DNA of 64,000 bases, taken from Eledone cirrhosa. Lineage: Eukaryota. Position numbers and translations under genes: made by a program. A model generated the notes under the pieces. It was given only the letters and a program-made list of their open reading frames with translations. It did no database searches and was not told where the DNA came from. Shown here piece by piece: positions 56,680 to 64,000 of this stretch; positions within the stretch are counted from its first letter, which is position 1, and the number at the start of each line of letters is the position of its first letter. The stretch spans positions 157,976,001 through 158,040,000 of the forward strand of contig OZ024740.1 in assembly GCA_964016885.1 (NCBI GenBank), in the 5' to 3' direction.

Positions 56680-57113
56680 TTTTGAGTATATGTTGGTTGT
56701 TTACCGACACCTCAGTATGCAGATTAGAACACTCGACGAAGTACGCACGTTGGTTTTTTTACTCCGGAGTAAAATAAAATAATTAAGTCAAATATGTGAA
56801 ATTTTGCTTCGTTTATTATAACTTATAGATATACTGCTATATATATTTCGGTGACAGCCATCTTCAGGCAGTCCGAATTGGTGTGGGAAAGACAGGTACA
56901 CATGTTGTTGAAGTGTATTTTACTCCGTCAATACAACCAGGAGCTGGACATATCGATGTATTGACGGAGTAAAACACACTTCAACAACATGTGTACCTGT
57001 CTTTCCCACACTAATTCGGACTGCCTGAAGATGGCTGTCACCGAAATATATATAGCAGTATATCTATAAGTTATAATAAACGAAGCAAAATTTTACATAT
57101 ACGACTTAATTAT

Positions 57114-57120
<7 letters not shown>
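56680..57120. mobile_element. Fold-back element with ~160-bp arms, intact HHR in each arm (56833-56872 minus; 57020-57059 plus), one-sided tail, TA-flanked
   Basis: ACTGC CTGAAGA tggctgtcacc GAAA TATATA TA GCAGT. Confidence 0.88.
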
Positions 57121-57164
<44 letters not shown>

Positions 57165-57166
<2 letters not shown>

Positions 57167-57550
57167 TTCAATAGACACTTTTTATCGAGTCGGAAACTCT
57201 TCGTATCAGGACAGTAACACAGTGCCTTCGTACCATTTAGGGTGTCGGACTCAGCCCTAGATGCATTAATTTTTTAAATATTAATGTTAACTATGTTCCT
57301 AGATAAATTATGTGTGGTGGAGTAGGGCAGTCTAATGGTGTTTCTATTGAGAATGGTTTAATACTTATGCCGTGTGGGAAAGTGCTTCTTGAGTAGGACG
57401 AAGAAGTCCCTAGCTCTTGGTGTGGAGACCGCTAAGCTGAACAGGGGGTTATACTAACTTTTGATTCTACGCTAATTAGGGATGGAGGATTTGGGTGTGC
57501 TATTTTTTACTCTAAATCCACTACGGGCTAGGGCTTGAATTATTTGGACC
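57165..57550 (-). pseudogene. PLE internal fragment (RT-endonuclease linker)
   Basis: Minus frame YNPLFSLAVSTPRARDFFVLLKKHFPTRHKY*TILNRNTIRLPYS resembles the PLE NPPFS..KHFP..FNRNT motif. Confidence 0.65.
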
Positions 57551-57661
57551 GAGTGTATATCACACCAAACTTTTAAGAAAGTAGATATGGAATATGATTG
57601 TGTGACACTCACACCAGACCCTTTATCAAAATCATTAGCAAATAATTGAGGAAATTATGTT

Positions 57662-57702
57662 ATTTATGAGTTTCCCAGCTTTTTAGCCATTCATCAGAAA
57701 AC
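57662..57702 (-). ncRNA. HHR-like motif
   Basis: Minus: CTGATGA at GGCT aaaa AGCT gg GAAA CTCA TA; stem I weak. Confidence 0.45.
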
Positions 57703-58105
57703 AAATACACTTTATTTTCGTGTTCGGTTAAAACTAATAGCAAGTCGCTATTTATGTCAAAGACGATCTTGTACTACATTGAAGTGGCTAGTCTTATTTA
57801 CATAGTGTGCATTTGCTTGGCAACATATTATTCAAATAATACATGTCTATGAATAGCACAGCGTATATTAGATCAAATGTACATAGGCGAAAGTATCTCT
57901 GTGTGGCTAAGGAGTTCCATTCGCAACCACATGGTTTTGTGTTCAGTCTCGCTGCGCGGCACCATTGGCAAATATAGTTCACTATATTCTTATGAATGGT
58001 ATTTGGTAAGCAACAGCTGCAGAAGCCCGTCGAGTGTATATATATATATATATATATAAGTATATATATATACATGTGAGTTTGTGTGAGTGTGTGTGTG
58101 TACGT

Positions 58106-58137
<32 letters not shown>

Positions 58138-58254
58138 GACTATATATATATATATATATATATGCAGAGGTTATATTTAATTTGTTGGGATTCAACAAGC
58201 TTAAACATTTTTATAACTGTTATAAAGCACTCAACAGTTTAGTGGAGTAAATAT

Positions 58255-58520
58255 ACAATATATTAATAAATGGAAACTATATTTATAAAACGATATTTAT
58301 TTTATTATACATATTTCAAGGGGGGCCACCAAGCTATCCAGGAAGCTCCAACCGCTAAGGTTGTCTTTTTTCAAGGTATGTCAATATTTATTTATAAAAC
58401 TAATCTGTATTGTATTTTATCTGATGAAAGCGCACCATAATTTACCTTGGTGGCCCTTGAAATATGTATAATAAAATAAATATGGTTTTATAATTATAAT
58501 TTCCATTTATTAATATATTG

Positions 58521-58522
<2 letters not shown>
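58255..58522. mobile_element. Fold-back family copy with HHR (58413-58478, plus)
   Basis: Inverted ~75-bp ends; TATTTTAT CTGATGA aagcg CACCA taatttacct TGGTG gccctt GAAA TATGTA TA ATAAAATA. Confidence 0.85.
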
Positions 58523-58604
<82 letters not shown>

Positions 58605-58669
58605 GCCACAGAGTAATGACTGCAACCAGTAAAAGAATGTAACTACAGTTTTTTCTTTAATTATAAGCC

Positions 58670-58833
58670 TGTATAATATCCAATGTATAATATCTGTATA
58701 ATATCCAATGTATAATATCTGTATAATATCCAATGTATAATATCTGTATAATATCCAATGTATAATATCTGTATAATATCCAATGTATAATATCTGTATA
58801 ATATCCAATGTATAATATCTGTATAATATCCAA
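58670..58833. repeat. 25-bp minisatellite TGTATAATATCCAATGTATAATATC, ~6.5 copies
   Basis: Perfect tandem units built from an 11-bp submotif. Confidence 0.95.
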
Positions 58834-59666
58834 ACGATCACACTTGATATTCTCTCCGTACATAGAAAAACAATATTTTCTCACTCTAAACTCAGCAAAC
58901 GGGTGAGGCGTTTCCAATAATATCTGTCAAGCCAAGTTTGGGGGAAGAAGGCTAGTTCAATATGGAGTGGTTCTTGCCTTATAGCCAAACTTATGAAAGA
59001 TATGGACATCAGCAGTCCGTTTGAGGAAAGAGCCCCGCTTGGTGGAGTGGCCATTAGGTTGGGTGGCTGTTGCAGCTGGTGTCGCTGGCCATTGTCTGCG
59101 GGAATGCCTTTGCAGTTTTGTCCGCGGAGTACAACCAAAACACGGCCCCACCCTAGGCATAGATCCCATCACCTTCTCCTTCCCACCTTTCTTCCGTGGC
59201 CTAATAGTCCTTGCTTTTCCTTTCCTTTTCCTCTCGTTTATGGCATTTATAGTCATTTCCTCTACTTTCCCATACAGCCAAATCTGCCCTTCTTACTCCT
59301 TCCTCACTCTTTTCATTACTTAATTTTGTTTTTCTCTTTTCTTTTCATATGTCCATCATTGTATAACTTCTGTTTGTAAAATATAAATGACATATGTTTA
59401 TCATTAATCGATTAATTAATTGATTATATGTATGTATTTCTATTTTATCTTCTATATTTGTTATATGATGCTAAAACATATTGTTAGATCTCCTCAGCAA
59501 AGCGTATTCTGAGACAAACAGCTAAATGAGCGTGGCATAATTTCAGGAAAGAAGTTGTGGTAAATTTTCCTCATATTGTATTACTTGAAATACTATCGGT
59601 ATTGAGTACTCCGGTCTCTTATACTCTTTTAGACATATAGACATATATCTGTCTGTGTATACATGC

Positions 59667-59769
<103 letters not shown>

Positions 59770-59849
59770 TCGACTCTCTCTCTATTGGTAAAACTTTGTG
59801 AAATTATAAAACCAGAAGAACATACATACATACATACATACATGCGTGA

Positions 59850-60275
59850 TGGCTGCAAACTCTGCTAAGAGTATTGCAATCGCTTGTCAGATTTAGATGT
59901 GTGACGCTCGGATATGGCTTTTCAAGCCAGCTAGAGACTTGCACTCCTTCACACACTGACGACAATTGTGGATCTCCCTGGCCTCAGGTCCTGCATCAGG
60001 TTGCCTGTGAACCCTCACAATACCGTGGAGATCACAGTTCACTGGTTCTCTTTGAAGATGGCTGCGACTGTAGCTCCGGAGACCAGAACACTTCAATTAA
60101 ATGGAGACTCCAATCATTTCGAGAGATACACCAAGGCATTGCTTACACACATCCCGTTTGATCTTCTCGTGCTCTATGCGTCTTTTCTCAAAATAAGGGA
60201 ACCTATCATTCACCATTCCACGCCAAGTTTCTCTTTCAAGAGCTTATATCTCCCAGTCAGCCATCATCAAACCAG
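59850..60275 (-). mobile_element. RTE-like LINE 3' fragment with terminal C2H2 motif
   Basis: Minus CRQCVKECKSLAGLKSHIRASH; flanked by (CATA)n. Confidence 0.55.
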
Positions 60276-60342
60276 TTTTTTACATACATACATACAAACA
60301 TACTTACTTTCATACATACATACATTCATACATTCATACATA

Positions 60343-60733
60343 CATGGTGGCTGCCAACTCGTTTTCGAGTACGGCCACTACTTTATATCCATGTAGGAGA
60401 ACCCCTACCGATGCGCTGAACGAGTGTGACTTTTTAGTCCAGCCAGCGACTTGAAAACTCTGGTACAAACACTACACTTGTGACAATTATTGACACATAG
60501 TGCTGGGCCCATGATACCATGTAACGACAAGTGCAGAGAGATCTCCAGATACAAAGCAATGCCTGTGCCGTGAAGCTTTTATAGTGAGCAAGGGCACTGA
60601 ACAAAGCCAGTTCCACTCTCTTAACCAAGATAATATTTACCAAAAAGAAGAACAAGTCAACATCATTGGTTGCAGGTGTTTTATCAGAGTTTTCCTTCTC
60701 CTAGAATTCTGCCTTGACAAAGGCTAAGGGGTC
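60343..60733 (-). mobile_element. Diverged subfamily of the 52866 repeat; second copy 61523-61932
   Basis: Minus starts GACCCCTTAGCCTTTGTCAAGGCAGAATTCTAGGAGAAGGAAAACTC and ends GGCCGTACTCGAAAACGAGTTGGCAGCCACC + (TATG)n. Confidence 0.75.
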
Positions 60734-60769
60734 ATCTCTCCCATACATGCATACATATATCCAACCTTA

Positions 60770-60978
60770 ACGTACCTCGTAGGAAAATTCAGCATAACAC
60801 GGTGTCTGATAAATATTGTCCTTTGAGTTACAGGTATAACTCATTCTTTTCCCACTGAGTCGTCAGGAGCAACGTGAAATGAGGTGTGTTGATCAAGGAC
60901 ACAACGTGCTATCAGGTATCAACTCATGACGATACGATGATGAGCCGAACACCTTAACTACTGAGTCACGCGCCTTCA
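60770..60978 (-). mobile_element. Second tRNA-derived SINE family (CORE-like centre)
   Basis: Minus head GAAGGCGCGTGACTCAGTAGTTAAGGTGTTCGGCTC, then GTTGTGTCCTTGATCAACACACCTCATTTCACGTTGCTCC. Confidence 0.65.
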
Positions 60979-61995
60979 AACCTACCTACCTACCTACCTA
61001 CCTACCTGCCTACCTACATACATACATACAAACATGTAACCACTGGGAATAAAGGACTCCTAGCCTTTGTCAGGGCATACTTCTAGGAGAAGACAACTCA
61101 GGAAACTGGGATAACTCCGACATAAAACCTGCGACTCAGTAGTTAGTGATGATGTTGATCTTTTCTTCTTTTCGGATTACAGCTACTGTCGCTCAGAGAG
61201 TTGGATTGGCTCAGTGCACAGACTTTCCTCACTTTAAGAAAAAAATCTTCATGCACAGGCATTGCATGATGGCATTAATTTATAATTATTAATAATATTA
61301 TATCGTGCAATGGCCATACTCGATAACGAGAGGTTGTGGACAAAGAGTGCAACTCCCTAATTCATAGACTACAAATAGCTGCAAGATTTGCAAAACATTC
61401 TTGCGATTCAAGGGATGACAATTTCTTTTTGTTTACAACCTTGCCACTAGGAAGGTGGCCGGTCAAAATGTACTCGAAATTAAGAGAAAGAGAAACATAC
61501 ATACATACGTACACACATACATACATGGTGGTGGCTGCCAACTCGTTTTCGAGTACGGCCACTACTTTATATCCATGTAGCAGAACCCCTACCGATGCGC
61601 TGAACGAATGTGACTTTTTAGTCCAGCCAGCGACTTGAAAACTCTGGTACAAACACTACACTTGTGACAATTATTGACACATAGTGCTGGGCCCATGGTA
61701 CCATGTGATAACAAGTGCAGAGAGATATCCAGATATAAAGCAATGCCTGTGCTGTGAAGCTTTTATAGTGAGCAAAGGCACTGCACAAAGCCAGTTCCAC
61801 TCTCTTAACCAAGATGATATTTACCAAAAAGAAGAACAAGTCAACATCATTGGATACCATCAGGGTTGCAGGTGTTATATCAGAGTTTTCCTTCTCCTAG
61901 AATTCTGCCTTGACAAAGGCTAAGGGGTCATCATGCATACATACATACATACATACATACATACATACATACATACATACATACATACATACATA

Positions 61996-62863
61996 AAATT
62001 GACCAATTTACAGAAAAAGTTGTGCATGGATACTTGAGACGTAAAACACAGACCATAGAGGGGATAAACCACTCAAAAAGCAGCCTGGCATGGAGTTCCG
62101 ACAAGTTTATAACATCATACCTTGAGGGATATCTCTATGCAATACAGGAACAAGAACTCCCTACCAAATATCTGCTGCCCAAAAGGGGAGGGCCATCAGC
62201 TGACAATAAATGTAGGCTATGTAAAACAAAGATCGAAGATGTAAGCCACATTGTTGCCAGCTGCGAAAGAATGTCATCTCGCTACTATCTCCCCATGAGA
62301 CACGATGGGATAGCTAGAACCATCTGGAACGCACTTCGGAAAACAAAATTAACAACAAACGAGGAAGAATATATTGAGACAGATGGCACTAAGGAATACT
62401 GGTGGAACCTGAAAATAAAAACTGCCACCAAATTAAAGCACAACCGGCCTGATATTGTTGTTTGGGACCACACATTGAAAACGTGTTCTGTTGTGGAGAT
62501 CAGCTGCCCACTTGATGTAAAAGTTGTCAGAAAAATACAAGAGAAGGAGGACATCTACGAACCATTGATGAGGAGTTTGCAAATCCAGTATCCAAGATAC
62601 ACCTTTAGCTTCATACCCATCATTATTGGAGCTACGGGTTATATACTAACCCGTTTGGACCAAAGTATGACTGAACTTGGATTTGCGGACAAAGAGCGCA
62701 GCTCCCTAATTCATAGTTTACAAATGGCTGCGATAGCTGGCACCTTCAAAATTTGCAAAACATTCTTGCGATTCAAGGGATGACAATTTCTTTTCTTTTA
62801 CAACCTTGCCACCAGGAAGGTGGCCGGTCAAAAAAATATACTCGAAATTAAGAGAAAGAGATA
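61996..62863 (+). mobile_element. 5'-truncated R4/Dong-like non-LTR retrotransposon (CCHC + restriction-like endonuclease) in (CATA)n; extra 3' fragment 61334-61496
   Basis: ORF 62022-62783: AIQEQ, CRLCKTKIEDVSHIVASC, RHD, RPDIVV, VEISCP, K..Y; (CATA)n on both sides. Confidence 0.88.
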
Positions 62864-63393
62864 ACATACATACATACATACATACATACATACATACATA
62901 CATACATACATACATACATACATACATACATACATACATACATACATACATACATACTCAAAAGTATTTCTTTATAAATCTTTCTCTCCGACTGACTCAT
63001 TATCGTCGTTTACTCTAGCTGTCTGCCTGCCTTCTACGTTATCACGGGTTATAACCAATATTGGTTTTGCCCAATATTTACACACCACAAGAATTTCCAG
63101 TGTGTTTGATATCGATGATGTTATTGAACTAACATATGATACACTGACCTGATTTCTATCACTAATCGTTTATTGACATGTTCCCTCCATGCCATCTGTT
63201 AGTTTTCTCCCGGTAATATTTCCCTTATAATTCACCCATTACCATTTCTCAATCTTTCTATCATTTCTATTCTATTTCATCTAATCTATCGGTTACCTTC
63301 CTCCATTTATCTCTCCATCCATTCATCTGTCAATCTGTTTATTATCTATTTATCTATCTGTCTTATGTATGTATGTATACGTATGTATGTATG

Positions 63394-63425
<32 letters not shown>

Positions 63426-63439
63426 TGTATATGTATGCA

Positions 63440-63642
63440 TATGTCGGGTCACTCTTGAGTGCTACTGGTAACATGTAACCCAGTACAACCTGTCGCATGG
63501 TCGGGTCGTCGGCGACTAAACCGGCAACCCCACCAAGTTTACTTGGTGAGGAGGGTGATTTTGGACACCCTGCAGGACAAAAAACAAAACCTGACAAAGG
63601 ACGGAAGAACTCATAAGAGTCAACGGCCATCCAAATATGCGT
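63440..63642 (+). mobile_element. Short non-coding repeat resembling an RTE 5'UTR-derived element
   Basis: GC-richer island GGCGACTAAACCGGCAACCCCACC..GAGGAGGGTG..GGACACCCTGCAGG between (TATG)n tracts; recognised from memory only. Confidence 0.4.
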
Positions 63643-64000
63643 AAATATGTATATACACATGTACATATATATATATGCACAGGGACATAGAAATAGTCGG
63701 GCTGGTTAAACCACTGGGAGTGAAGGACCCCTAGCCTTTGTCAGGGCATTCTTCTCGGAGAAAGCAACTCAGAAAACTGGGATAACTCCGATATAAAACC
63801 CGCGGCTCAGTAGTTACCGATGATGTTGATCTTTTCTTCTTTTCAGGTTATAGCTACTGTTGCTCAGAGAGTGGGATTGGCTCAGTGCACAGTCTTTCCT
63901 CAATTTAAAAAATATCTTCACGCACAGGTATTGCACGATAGAATTAATTAATAATTATATATCGTGCAATGACCATACTCGATAACGAGGGGGCAGCCAT

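Noticed and set aside
58860-59380. GC-richer island with 85-128-aa ORFs
   Set aside because: No recognisable motif in any frame; probably an unidentified repeat fragment.
63455-63530. Twister- or HDV-like ribozyme in the RTE 5'UTR-like repeat
   Set aside because: Partial motifs (TAACAT, GTCG/CGAC-TAA) but the required pseudoknots could not be built by eye.

Overview
AT-rich eukaryotic DNA, densely packed with microsatellites and almost entirely repeats. The tRNA-SINE family, the (TA)/(CA)/(GATA)/(CATA) density and the transposon mix suggest a cephalopod (Octopus-like) genome; this is an inference. No host protein-coding gene can be supported, and most long ORFs are low-complexity artefacts. 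Real coding remnants are transposons: five Penelope-like element (PLE) remnants (RT and/or GIY-YIG), three 5'-truncated Tx1/L1-like LINEs all in (TCTA)n, RTE-like LINEs, an R4/Dong-like RLE retrotransposon in (CATA)n, and mariner pieces. There are also hAT, pogo and piggyBac MITEs, Helitrons and many SINEs. The main hidden signal is about 25 minimal type-I hammerhead ribozyme (HHR) motifs read by eye on both strands, mostly in short non-coding fold-back elements beside (TA)n tracts. The best example is a 469-bp tandem array with one HHR per complete monomer and a PLE-style inverted end, i.e. a candidate retrozyme/circular-RNA element mobilised by PLEs. All ribozyme calls are motif and pairing inspections, not activity data.
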